DNA of 64,000 nt from positions 45,446,001 to 45,510,000 of the forward strand of contig NC_043015.1 of the NCBI RefSeq assembly GCF_006345805.1, given 5' to 3'. A model generated the notes under the pieces. That model was not told the origin of the DNA. It was given only the letters and a program-made list of their open reading frames with translations, and did not search any database. Positions 36,369 through 48,864 of this stretch are shown here, piece after piece. This DNA is from Octopus sinensis (Eukaryota). A program made the position numbers and the translations under genes. Each line of letters opens with the position of its first letter. Positions within the stretch are counted from its first letter, which is position 1.

Positions 36369-36490
36369 TGAAGAGTTGTAGGGCTCATGTCAGATCTAAA
36401 TCTCAACATTACCTTGCAGTAATAGGTACCATACAGATAGAGATAGAGCTAACTGTTATAAGTAAAGCAAGCACTCACTATCATTATCAT

Positions 36491-36775
36491 GGAGGCACAT
36501 GGCCTAGTGGTTAGAGCAGCGGACTCGCGGTCGAGGGATCGTGGGTTCAAATCTCAGACTGGGCGATGTGTGTGTTTATGAGCGAAACACCTAAGCTCCA
36601 CGCAGCTCCGGCAGAAGATAATGGTGAACTTCTGCTGACTGTTTCGCCACAACTTTCTCTCACTCTTTCCTCCTGCATCTTGCAGCTCACCTGCGATGGA
36701 CCGGCATCCCATCCAGGTGGGGAACCTATACGCCAAGAAACCAGCCCTTATGAGCCAGGCATGGCTAGAGAAGGA
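36491..36775 (+). mobile_element. tRNA-derived SINE with family D head and a different 3' part
   Basis: TGGCCTAGTGG A-box, GGTTCAAATC B-box, GAGCGAAACACCTAAGCTCCAC shared with D; tail differs. Confidence 0.75.
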
Positions 36776-37093
36776 ACAAACAAACAAAAAAAAAACTATC
36801 ATTATCATCATTGTTTCAACAACAGTTTTCCATGCTTGCATGGGTCAGAAAGAATTTGCTGAGGTGGATATTTCTACATCCAGAGGCCCTTCCTGTTGCC
36901 AACCTTTAGCTGTTTCCAACTAAGATAATATTTCCCTCGTGACCAGACATGTTTTCATGGAAGATTGGAAATGAAGGACAATGCTTGCATTATGGTGATA
37001 CTTATTTTGCAACTCTCACAAAAAGGCAAGACACAAAAAACTCACACATGTATGCACACTTATGCATCATGCATGCATACATATACACACATA

Positions 37094-37248
37094 CAAGCTT
37101 CTTTCAGTTTCCATCTACCAAATTCACTGACAAGGCTTTGGTCAATCTGGGTCTAAAATGGAAGACACTGGCCCCAAGATGCCACACAATGGTACTGAAC
37201 CTAAAACCATGTTATAAGGACATGAACTTCTCACTCAATAGCCATGCT
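37094..37248 (-). mobile_element. Old SINE A 5' fragment
   Basis: Diverged family A match. Confidence 0.65.
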
Positions 37249-37529
37249 GGCACCTGTATGTATGTCTATATACAACACAAAGCAAAACATATATTCTATT
37301 CACACACACCAACACAACACACATGTGTGAAAGTCACAAATAGACATAAAAATCTACATATTAATCAAACAGAGAAGTAAATAAACCCACTTCACATAAG
37401 AATCTATTCATGCACTAAAAACAATTGTAAGCATGTATGTGTATGCATGCAAATAATATATATATATATATAAAGTTAATCCAAACATGAAAACACAAAG
37501 AGAAAACACAACACGAGGACATGGAGCAA

Positions 37530-37568
<39 letters not shown>

Positions 37569-38999
37569 TTGCATGTATACATGTGTGTGTGTGTGTGTGT
37601 ACAGTCATATGCTTATGAACATACAAACTATTGTCCCTAAAATTCTTCTGTGTAGGAGAATTAGACTCCAGAATATATAAAAGTAAGTAGGGAAGAGATA
37701 ATAAGCACCACCACCACGTCTCTCTCTCTCTTTCTCTCTCTCCTTCCTCATCTCTCCATCAACAGAGTCAATTATTATAGATAATTTCTGCACAAAATTT
37801 ACTAAGCGAAAACCGAATTGGTTCTCCTCTTCCAATATCTAGTTGGCAACCTTGTTCTTCTCTTTCACGTAACAACAACATTGCCAGAGCGTTCTGCCAG
37901 ACATTGACAGCCAACAATAGGGAAAAACTAATAAAAAGGATTGAAACATGAAGTGCATGTTTTCATTCTTTTTTTTTATTGTAACCAGGAATGGTGGGGA
38001 GGAAGATCAGTTGTTCTGGGAGTTTCTTTCCATTCAAGTCTTTTGTAGAGGTCATAAGAATTAATCTAAGAGAACGTAATATCTACTGGGTGTGGCATAA
38101 ATATTTGCCCATTATTCATTTTTATTGTAGAATGGCAAGTTTTAGGTTTTGGTTAATGAAAGTTTACAGGTTGATTGTGATATTTATTGACAATATTTTA
38201 CATACATTTACAATTGAAAATGGCTACTCTTTGCTTTCACCATAGCTCTTAATCTTTTCTCAACTGTTTTATCACTTCACGATTCTTTTTAAACCAGCCA
38301 TTTTCAATGCTACAATTTGTTCGTGTTTTGTTTGAGCTGCGATATTTAATCAAGGGTAAACAATAAAACAAAAGAATGTTAGGAAGCATTTTACAACATT
38401 TGCAACAATTTTTGTGAATAAGAACGTTTCAATTTCTGTTTGAATAATGGATAAATTATTGTTTAAATAATGGTTAAATGTATATGCCAAACCTGGTATA
38501 ATGTTGTTTGTGAGCTGGCAGACTCATTAAAGTGTTGGAAAATGCTTTGCAGGATTTCTTCTGATCCTCTACATTCTGAGTTCAAATCCCACTGAAGAAA
38601 ACCTTACCTTTCATCATTTTAGGATTAATAAAATAAAGTACCAGTCAAATACTGAGGTCAATGGTACTAACTAAGCCCCTCTCCTCAAAATTGCTGGTCT
38701 GGTTAAAGCAGCAGACAAAATGTTTCATGGTATTTCGCTACATTCTTTTACATTGAGTTCAAATCCCACAATGGTCAACTTTGCTTCTTATCTTTCAGGC
38801 CCCTTTCCAGTTCCACCTAATCACTCCCATCCTCTCTTCTAAAATGTGAGTAGTCATGTAGATCTACAGCAAGAACCCTGTTCTGCTTTGGACCCTTAAC
38901 TAGTACTTTAACCATTTACTTCATAATGTAAAGTCACCCCATCAAAATTCATAACCTTGCAAGCTGCAGGTCAACCCGTCACTAGAAGCCAAAAGTATG

Positions 39000-39532
39000 A
39001 AAAATGCAACCAATATGTGCTGTGAAGTGGTTGGTATTAGGAAGGGCATCCAGCTGAAGAAACCATGCCAATGTAGACACTGGGGCATGATGCAGACCCT
39101 GGACTCATCAGATCCTGTCAAACCATCCAATCTATCTATCTATCCGCTCAGTCGAAGTCGACTCTCGGTTACTCGTTGGATCAGTGTCCTCCAGTCAGTT
39201 CTATCCTGGGCCGCTTCTTTCAGACTGGCTATGTCCATTTCAATATCACTCTTGATGGTGTTAAGCCAGCGGGTTCTTGGTCGGCCTCTTCCGCTCTTGC
39301 CACTGACCATTCCGAGCATGATGTCCTTCTCCAGGGATTTTCTCCGCATAACATGACCGAAATATGCCAATCTATGCTTGGTGATCCTAGCTTCTAGCGA
39401 CATTTTCGGCCTGATCTGCTTAAGAACTTCTCCATTGGTGAGCCTCGCTGTCCATGGAATCCGTAAAAGTCTTCTCCAACATCCAATCTATACCAGAATG
39501 GAATGCAGATGTTAAATGATGATGATGATGAT
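39000..39532 (+). mobile_element. Family C element interrupted by an RTE insertion
   Basis: C body at 39000-39135 resumes at 39480-39532 with the (GAT)n tail. Confidence 0.8.
39136..39479 (-). pseudogene. 5'-truncated RTE (BovB-like) LINE with 12-bp TSD
   Basis: Open frame (C)WRRLLRIPWTARLTNGEVLKQIRPKMSLEARITKHRLAYFGHVMRRKSLEKDIMLGMVSGKSGRGRPRTRWL...RVTESRLRLSG*; TSD CATCCAATCTAT at 39124-39135 and 39480-39491. Confidence 0.93.
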
Positions 39533-40417
39533 AACGGCAATGAGAACTATGATGCTGCTCAATAAAACAGAGTACCAATAAAGTTGATTTTTCATCAGCT
39601 ACTTCCTCCCACAAAATTTAATACCCTGTATCGAAATTAGTATTATTGTTTTTGTTCAGCCTAGAAGCACAACCGAATATTATTATTATTATTATTATTA
39701 TTATCATTATTAGGGGAGAGCAGCTGGTCAAAAATGATGAGTATTGGAGAAATATGAATAAGATCTTGATTAGAATTAATCAATAGAATCAATCACATAA
39801 CAAAATCAATTGTATAGCAACTATCTCGGAGAGATAGTTGTTCAATGTACTGGCTACACAGAAAACCAGACACACATGCCATGCTATGTTATTAGATTAC
39901 AATTATTAAAGCCGAACAGCCAATTCAGTCACCATAATAGAACTCTAGATTCAATGCTTTAGTTAAGTTAATGTTAACATATTTAACTCTTTTGTGACCC
40001 TGTTTCCAACAATATGTGTAAATTAATTTTGAAAGCAATCAAGAATTTGTAGGGACTTAGTAACACAGCCAACTGGCTTTGCAGACATTAAGCTGATGTT
40101 TGGTCTATAAGTCAAACTGAAGGCAATTGATGAAGGAATGTTATATTAGCTTGAATATGAACACATTAAAATAAGACTTTCTTTGTTTTGTTTTTTGAGC
40201 TTTTATTTTTTTTTTCTATTTGTATGCTGGTATCAAGTTAATGCAGAGAGTATTAAAGGGCCAACTAGAAACAAATATGAGACAAGGAAAAAGAAACAAT
40301 ATCAGGGAATGACTAATATTATTTTCATTTTCTAAAGTAGGTATGTAATAACTCCAAGCATGTTTCTGCCTTATTATGACTCCTTCATTTATAAAGTATA
40401 GTCTTAACAGAAGTCAA

Positions 40418-40590
40418 GGCGTAGGAGTGGCTGTGTGGTAAGTAGCTTGCTTACCAACCACATGGTTCCGGGTTCAGTCCCACTGCATGGCACCTTGGGC
40501 AAGTGTCCTCTACTATAGCCTCGGGTCGACCAAAGCCTTGTGAGTGGATTTGGTAGACGGAAACTGAAAGAAGCCTGTCGTATATATGTG
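40418..40590 (+). mobile_element. SINE A 5' half
   Basis: Head match ending at the internal microsatellite. Confidence 0.88.
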
Positions 40591-41606
40591 TTCAGAATTA
40601 TTCTGAATTATACTAAAAAGAATAATGTTGGAAGATGTTTGTGATGATAGAATAATCAATCTGATACTAATGTTACTGCAAATGATGGTGACGATGATGC
40701 CATTTTTATGGTCATTGTTGTTGTTATTGTTGTTGCTGTTGCATCTGACTAAAAGCAGCAAAGTTTATTTTGTCACTGAACATATGGGATTTTATGTAGT
40801 TTACAGCCAAGATAATCTAAAGTGTGTCTACAGGAACAGATTATATGAGTGTGTACGTACATGTAAGGTGGAGAGGGGGCAGACAGAATGTGTGTGTAAG
40901 GGCACACAATGTATGCATATATGTATGTGTAAGAGCAGACAGAATGCATGTGCGTGTGTGTATGTGTGTGTGTGTGCATGAAGCGGTAAGTGATGTCAGC
41001 ATGCAATAAGTGTTTCCGCTGGGTTGAGCGCTCCAGAGAGTCATTGAGAGGGTTTCAGGCAGCAAGGATGAAGGAGAAGTGGAAGGGAAGACGAAGGGAG
41101 AAGGAAATGAAATCGGAAAACAGCAGGAGAAACACCTAGCATTATTATTAATTAAAAAACAAAAGGGGGAGGTGGGGGGTGAAATAAAAAATATAAAAAA
41201 TAAATAAATAAATAAATAAATAAATAAAACATCTTTGCTAATTGGGAACTCTGCGTTAAGAATTCACCTTGAGGATAGGAAGGTCAATGCTGCGTGTAAG
41301 GAACTGACCATCGGATGGCTCTATCACATTAAAATAATTGGATGTGTGTCGAATAACAGGTGAACATAGCTTCACATGAATGAATAATAATAATAAAAAT
41401 GAAATTTAGATAGATGGAGACATCTGTAAGAATGATTATGTATGTTTGTGTGTCTGTATAGGTATGTGAGTATATATTGTATGAGTATGAGTGTACATAT
41501 AGCAATGCATGTGTGTGTGTGTGTGTGTGGATGCAATCTATACATATGGTCTCATTTTAAAATAAATAGTTCAGAGGTGCCATCTGCATGAAAAACAATA
41601 GCTAAG

Positions 41607-41718
41607 TTAACTCTTTAGCATTTAAACTGGCCATACCTGGCCCAAATATTTTACCTATTGTATGGTCAAACCATTCAAATTTTGCCTCTCGCAACTACCC
41701 TACAATGTCATTCTAAGA
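41607..41718 (+). mobile_element. piggyBac-type MITE left part (family of 9832)
   Basis: TTAA-CTCTTTAGCATTTAAACTGGCC...CCCTACAATGTCATTCTAA. Confidence 0.6.
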
Positions 41719-41922
41719 CATTTTAAAAATGTATATGTGGTGGCAGTATGACAGCCAGTATGGTTAAGTTGTTGACTTCCCACCATGTGGGTTTCAGTTC
41801 AATAACACCCTACAGTTCCTTGGGTAGAAGTCTTCTACTATGACCCCATGCAGACCAATGCCCTGTGAGTGGAATTTGGTGGAAGGAAATTGTGCATGAA
41901 ACCAATCATTTATTCATGTATA

Positions 41923-42095
41923 GGCACAGGAGTAGCTGTGTGGTAAGCAGCTTGCTAACCAACCACATGGTTCCGGGTTCAGTCCCACTGCGTGGCATCT
42001 TGGGCAGGTGTCTTCTACTATAGCCCCGGGCCGACCAATGCCTTGTGTGTGGATATGGTAAACGGAAACTGAAAGAAGCCTGTCATATATATGTA

Positions 42096-42139
<44 letters not shown>

Positions 42140-42528
42140 ATATTATATATATATATATATATTATATATATATATACTTTATTTAAAAGCAGCAGAAATT
42201 CAACAAAACCTGTTACTCTGAGTTTCACATTCCCGTTCGTCGGACAGTTTAACAAAAGCTCTTTTTTCAACCTTGTTTCACATTTATGTGTTTACTCCGG
42301 TATATATATATGTGTGTGTGTGTGTATGTGTGTCTGTCCCCCTAGCATTGCTTGACAACCGATGCTGGTGTGTTTACGTCCCCATCACTTAGCAGTTCAG
42401 TAAAAGAGACCAATAGAATAAGTACTGGGCTTACAAAGAATAAGTCCCGGGGTTGATTTGCTCGACTAAAGGTGGTGCTCCAGCATGGCCACAGTCAAAT
42501 GACTGAAACAAGTAAAAGAGTAAAGAGT
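41923..42528 (+). mobile_element. SINE A with a nested HHR element in its internal (TA)n
   Basis: Head 41923-42085, tail 42310-42528. Confidence 0.9.
42177..42300 (-). mobile_element. Deletion derivative of the fold-back HHR element (HHR at 42204-42250, -)
   Basis: Both termini match 16490-16740; minus strand AAACTGT-CCGACGA-ACG(GGAA)TGT-GAAAC-TCAGA-GTA-ACAGGTTTTG. Confidence 0.8.
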
Positions 42529-42565
42529 ATGTATGCACATATGCATATTTGTACAAGGAGGTGCC

Positions 42566-42864
42566 TTGTACTTATTCTATCAATCTCTTTTGCGAAACCA
42601 CTAAGTTACAGGGATATAAACACACCAACATTGGTTGTCAAGTGGTAGGGGGGAATGAACAGACACAAATACACATACACACACACAATTATATATACAT
42701 ACAATGGGCTTCTTTCAGTTTCCATCTACTAAATCCACTCACAAGGCTTTGGTTGGCCCGAGGCTATACCAAAAGACACTTGCCCAAGGTGCCACACAGT
42801 GGGACTGAATCCAGAACCATGTGGTTGGGAAGCAAGCTTCTTACCACATAGCCATGTCTGTACC
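42566..42864 (-). mobile_element. SINE A lacking tail
   Basis: Inverted relative to 41923-42528. Confidence 0.85.
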
Positions 42865-43239
42865 TAAGAATATATCTTTCTAAAAAAAAACACATTATTT
42901 GTGTTATTTTTTGATAGCCCTAATAGCTTATGCTTCTGTTTCAAATTTAAATCATTACATAATTTTGTTTACTAATACACAAATCTTATCAGCACAGAAA
43001 AGATTCTCTATTAATGGTCCTGTGGTGCCATTGTTAGAGAAAAAACGTATTTTACCATTTTCGTTGTTTATTAATTGCAGCTGTGTCATACAAACCTAAG
43101 TGATTTTGTAGTAGGTATTGCTGGCTCCCATCAACCATACATAACCGTTAGGTACAAGAAAATCTTGTTTACAAGGACACACATACGGAGAGCTTCATCA
43201 TAGTTTCTTTCTAGCAAATTCCAGAAGTTACATAATACT

Positions 43240-43470
43240 TATTTCTTTACTACCCGCAAGGGGCTAAACACAGAGGCGACAAACAAGGACAGACATAGGT
43301 ATTAAGTCGATTACATCAACCCCAGTGCATAACTGGTACTTAATTTATCGACCCCGAAAGGATGAAAGGCAAAGTCGACCTCGATGTAATTTGAACTCAG
43401 AACGTAATGGCAGATGATATACTGCTAAGCATTTCACCCAGCGTGCTAACGATTCTGCCAGCTCGCCGCC
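43240..43470 (-). mobile_element. SINE family B, full length
   Basis: Reverse-complement match. Confidence 0.9.
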
Positions 43471-44464
43471 TTTGAAATTATATAATACTGGCAACTTGAG
43501 GCTGTCATAGAGGCAACATTGTCTAAAGGACTGCACAGCAGGATCAAACCCAGAAAGATGTAGCAGTGAAGTGAGCTCCCTAACCACATAACTATGCCAG
43601 TCCTTTCCCTAAACATTTGGCATTGCCTCCCCATAGTTCACTTTTTGAACTGACTGTCAACACAGACCACAACTAATTACCCCGAAATCTATTCCTTCTC
43701 ACATATACCCAATGAAGCTAGTGTTAATTTTTCGCACCAGCTTTAATTCATTTGCGCCTCGTTTCAGAGGACAGAGTTTTTTCTGACCTACAAGGATGCA
43801 TAGGACGGACGACACCAAATGAAATGCAATCCACCCAGACTTCCCAACACTTGCAAATCTTCTCACATAATCAATCAAACAGTTGCAGAACGCTACATCA
43901 TGTATGCAAGGCAAGGCAAACATCAAGCCATATCAATTAGATTATGTGGCAAACTTGTAGTAGTACACACACACACATACAACCATCACCACCACGATGT
44001 TCAAACAACTCACATTTTCAGAGGTAGTTTGATCAAAAAGAGGAAGGCTAACCAAGATAAGTGGCATAGATACACCACCACTGCCATCTCCACCACAACT
44101 TAACACTAATATCAATAATAATAATAATAATAATAATAATATTAACAAAAGCCATGTAAGCAGAAATTTGTGAAGAACAAGGTTGGTGTGTCAGCATATA
44201 CACAATGTGATGCAAGTGTGTGTTTTAATTTCCCAGAGGATCACAGGAACTGACAGTTGTTTTATTACGGTGTGAAATGATTGGAAGCTTCATATCAAGA
44301 AGACTTCGAAATATACAAAGACCATGTGTAGAAGTTGTAGCATGGAAATATAAGACAATATTAAAGTGTTGGCACTTCGTTTCAGTTGTTGGCGCAGAAC
44401 TGGCAACTGGTTTTTTCAGCAGTCACAACAGGCAAGAAGAATCCTCATTCTTTTGAGTCTATCT

Positions 44465-44880
44465 TATTTCTTTAGTACCCACAAGGGGCTAAACACAGAC
44501 GGGACAAACAAGGACAGGTAAAGAGATTAAGTCGATTACATCGACTCCAGTGCGTAACTGGTACTTATTTAATCGACCCCAAAAGGATGAAAGGCAAAGT
44601 CGACCTTGGCGGAATTTGAGCTCAGAACGTAACGGCAGACGAAATACCCATTTCTTTACTACCCACAAGGGGCTAAACACAGAGGAGACAAACAAGGACA
44701 GACAAAGGGATTAAGTCGATTGCATCGACCCCAGTGCGTAACTGGTACTTATTTAATCGACCCCGAAAGGATGGAAAGCAAAGTCGACCTCAGCAGAATT
44801 TGAACTCAGAACGTTGCGGCCGATGAAATATCGCTAAGCATAATCGCCCGGCGTGCTAACATTTCTGCTAGCTCGCTGCC
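44465..44880 (-). mobile_element. SINE B dimer (full copy plus 5'-truncated copy) within one 14-bp TSD
   Basis: TTTTGAGTCTATCT at 44451-44464 and 44881-44894. Confidence 0.9.
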
Positions 44881-45642
44881 TTTTGAGTCTATCTATCATG
44901 AAAAACTTTTGAGTACATGTATGTGAGAAGCATGTGTGCATACAAGCATGTTCGTGCACACATGTGATGCATAATTACAATATAGTTTCCATGTTTACTA
45001 ATTTTTGAGGGGGGGGGGGGTTGGAGGTGCTTATTTCAGTACAATAATAGCTTCACAACTCATTAAAATGATCAAAACTTAGATTCAAAGAGTGCAGAAA
45101 ACTATTCTTACAGGATGAACAAGTTGAGTGATGAAGAAAACAGAATTCATAAATAAGTTTGCTTTTTTGTGCCTTTCTTTTCTTCTTGTAGTCTTGATGG
45201 TGTTTTTCCAACATTTTCCGTACGAGGCGTTAAATTGCGTGATGTATTATTGATATCTTGCTTTAGTAAGGCCTGTTTTTCATTTCCAGCAAAAAAAAGA
45301 AAAAAATTCTGTCCTATTATATAACAATTCATTCACATCTTTTCATTGCTATCTCAATCAGTGCAGACATTTTAATGATTCCGGGGGAACCCCCACCACT
45401 TCCCTCATCATCACTCCTCATTCGTATTTGTTCATTAGTTAAAAAAGAAGAAAAGAGAAGTATTATATATAAAAAAAGAAAAAATATGAAGGTTGCATTC
45501 TCGCAAATGTTGTTGTTACCAGGAGAAAATTAAAGTGTCACGTAACCAACCAACATTAGAGCCTGTACACTGTTACCCAATATGCTAAAAATAGTAGCCA
45601 AATCTCACTCAAATAACACCAAAGAAGAGAACATTAAATAAT

Positions 45643-45947
45643 ATGCCTTGTGAGTGGATTTGGTAGACGGAAACTGAAAGAAGCCTGTCATATATATGTA
45701 TATATATATGTGTGTGTGTGTTTGTGTGTGTATGTGTGTGTGTGTCTGTGTTTGTCCCCCTAGCATTGCTTGACAACCGATGCTGGTGCGTTTACGTCCC
45801 CGTCACTTAGCGGTTCAGCTAAAGAAACCGATAGAATAAGTACTGGGCTTACAAAGAATAAGTCCCGGGGTCGATTTGCTCGACTAAAGGCGGTGCTCCA
45901 GCATGGCCGCAGTCAAATGACTGAAACAAGTAAAAGAGTAAAGAGTA
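45643..45947 (+). mobile_element. SINE A 3' two-thirds
   Basis: Family A match. Confidence 0.9.
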
Positions 45948-46100
45948 TGTATGCATATATGCATACATATACATATTTGTACGAGGAGATGCTGAAAAGT
46001 TCCTGGCTTTAAATGCATTTGCAGTGCCCCAGCATGGCCACAGCTCATGAGCTGAAACTAGATGAAATAATGAAATAAAAATAAATAAATTTAACTAAAC

Positions 46101-46150
46101 CAGCAGTCGCCAACCTCTTTTGCATCACAGATCAGTTCCATGCAAGATAA
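46101..46150 (+). mobile_element. hAT (Charlie/MER1-like) MITE left end
   Basis: CAGCAGTCGCCAACCTCTTTTGCATCACAG...GCAAGATAATTTTTC; right end not found. Confidence 0.4.
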
Positions 46151-46256
46151 TTTTTCAGCAGACCAGGGGATCCCACACAAAACAAAATACAATAAAGTGC
46201 ATAGCAATTTAATTATTACTTACACACACACATATCTAATTATATATATATATATA

Positions 46257-47000
46257 GGTGTAGGAGTGGCTGTGTGGTAAGTAGCTTGCTTACCAACCAC
46301 ATGGTTCCGGGTTCAGTCCCACTGCGTGGCACCTTGGGCAAGTCTCTTCTACTATAGCCTCGGGCCGACCAAAGCCTTGTGAGTGGATTTGGTAGACGAA
46401 ACTGAAAGAAGCCCGTCGTATATATGTATGTGTATAATTTTGTGTCTCTGTGTTTGTCCTTCCCCCAACATTGCTTGACAACCGACGCTGGTGTGTTTAC
46501 GTCCTTTTTTCTTTTCAAGCCTGGTACTTATTCTATCAGTCTCTTTTGCCAGACTGTTAAGTTACAGGGATGTAAACACACCAATACTAGTTGTCAAGTG
46601 GTGGTGGAGGACAAATACACACACACACACACACACATATATATACAGGAGGCTTCCTTTGGTTTCCATCTACGAAATCCAGTCACAAGGCTTTGGTCAG
46701 CTGGAGGCTATAGTAAAAGATACTTGTTCAAGGTGCCATGCAGTGGAAATAAGACTATGGTTGGGAAGCAAAGTTTTTACCACACAGCCATGCCGGTGTC
46801 CATTGATATGTGTGTCTGTGAGTATATGTGTCTGTATGAAGGCATAGCTGTGGTAAGAAGCTTGCTTCCCAACCACATGGTTCAAGGTTCAGTCCCACTG
46901 CATGGCACCTTGGGCAAGTGTCTCCTACTATAGCCTCAAGCCGACCAAAGCCTTATGAGTGAATTTAGTAGACAGAAACTGAAAGAAGCCCATCATATAT
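46257..47000. mobile_element. Three SINE A pieces in alternating orientation (+ 46257-46504, - about 46510-46794, + about 46840-47000)
   Basis: Family A matches. Confidence 0.85.
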
Positions 47001-47449
47001 ATATATATATTAATAAAAGGAATTCCAACCTTGTCTGATTTTCCCGTTTTATTTACAATCTTATAATGATATAATATAATATAATATAATAAAATAAAAT
47101 AAAATAATAGAATGTTAAATGTTCATTCTGATTGAACTAGCACTTTCATGCATTAAATAATGCAATCTTCAGGTTCATGTAGTAGTGGTGACAGTCATGC
47201 TTCACAATTTTTGACTGTAGCGAGATGGTTAAATCTGTGCCTTAAATACACCTGTGTAGGCTCCAGATTGCTAGGTTTTGCATATATATACTTGTAGTGT
47301 TCAATTAAATGGAGCCACTTGAAACGGCCTTACTGCATTAATACCTGACATCCTGCTACTTATTTGATTTTATTCACCTTACTTTGAGCTGTGCAGATAA
47401 TACCGGACTGACTTGGTGCCTCAACTTAGGTACCTAATTCAACTGAATC

Positions 47450-47487
<38 letters not shown>

Positions 47488-47495
<8 letters not shown>

Positions 47496-47856
47496 AAAGG
47501 GCTTAGTAAAATAAATTACTTTGCCGCATACTGAACTCATTAGAAATAGCAGCTAAAAAAACTTTTTTTAAAACTATTTCCAATACTTAAAGAAAACCTC
47601 TCTCATATAGTGTTTGCTCAATTCAACTCACGCAATATGGGGGTAGAGACATTAAAAAATCAAGTGCAAAGGTTTGCACTTGATTTTTTAATGTCTCTAC
47701 CCCCATATTTGCGTGAGTTGAATTGAGCAAACACTATATGAGAGAGGTTTTCTTTAAGTATTGGAAATAGTTTTAAAAAAAGTTTTTTTAGCTGCTATTT
47801 CTAATGAGTTCAGTATGCGGCAAAGTAATTTATTTTACTAAGCCCTTTTATATAAT
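47488..47856. repeat. 369-bp near-perfect palindrome abutting (TA)n
   Basis: Arms 47488-47670 and 47673-47856, 2-nt GG centre; only one 1-bp indel found by eye. Confidence 0.93.
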
Positions 47857-47946
47857 GTAGTAATTTGAATTCGCCTTAAATGGTCCCTTTGCATACTGAA
47901 TACTTGGTGAAATTGATTAATTAATTAATTTTACCCTCAATTGTTG

Positions 47947-47980
<34 letters not shown>

Positions 47981-47983
<3 letters not shown>

Positions 47984-48169
47984 TGTGTGTCTGTGTTTGG
48001 CCCCCAACCATCACCTGACAACCAATGTTGGTCTATGTCCCTGTAACTTAGCAGTTCAGCAAAAAGAGGCCCATGGAATAAGTACTAGGCTTACAAAGAA
48101 TAAGTCCTGGGATTGATTTGTTCGACCAAAGGCAGTGCTCCAGCATGGCTACAGCCAAATGACTGAAAC
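47981..48169 (+). mobile_element. SINE A 3' half
   Basis: Family A tail match. Confidence 0.8.
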
Positions 48170-48394
48170 GTGAAGAGCCGGAACAAATATCAAAAGAGGC
48201 CCATCATAAAAAACTCAACACGTAGGTTTGAGTACAAGGGCTAAATATAAAGAAAAAAACACAAAAACTGTGGGGGATCTACACCGTGTGAGAGCAACCA
48301 AACAAAACGAAGAAACGTTAACGTATATTGAAGACTACACATTTTGGAGAAAGGAGTAGAGTCAATCTATTTGACTGTAGTACTTGACTGACTT

Positions 48395-48526
48395 TACCTT
48401 TCATCCTTTCGGGGTCGATAAATTAAGCACCAGTTACGCACTGGGGTCGATGTAATCGCCTTAATACCTATGTCTGTCCTTGTTTGTCCCCTCTATGTTT
48501 AGCCCCTTGTGGGTAATAAAGAAATA
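48395..48526 (+). mobile_element. SINE B 3' part
   Basis: Body and tail match. Confidence 0.85.
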
Positions 48527-48833
48527 GGTATCCCGAAAGGATGGGATACAAACCCAGAGCGTAAAATAGTCGTTAACTAAATAACTGAAAGAGATTTTGT
48601 CCGACGCTCTCACCAATTCTGCCGTCCTAATAGTAAAGAGGTATTATGTAAATACAAGATAAAGACCAATAATCATAAATAAATAAATAAATATCGGATA
48701 TTTCAGAGAAATATCTCGAGAGATTCTTTTAGATAGCAACAGGACACTTTAAGAAGCAGAGTTGATTCCGAAAGCTATTGTTACCATGAGTGTTGATTTT
48801 TATAGTAGCAAGTCTACGAAGTGGATTTAGTTT

Positions 48834-48864
<31 letters not shown>

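Noticed and set aside
43640-45360. Unique segments with 60-75-codon open frames
   Set aside because: Lengths are compatible with chance; no identifiable family.
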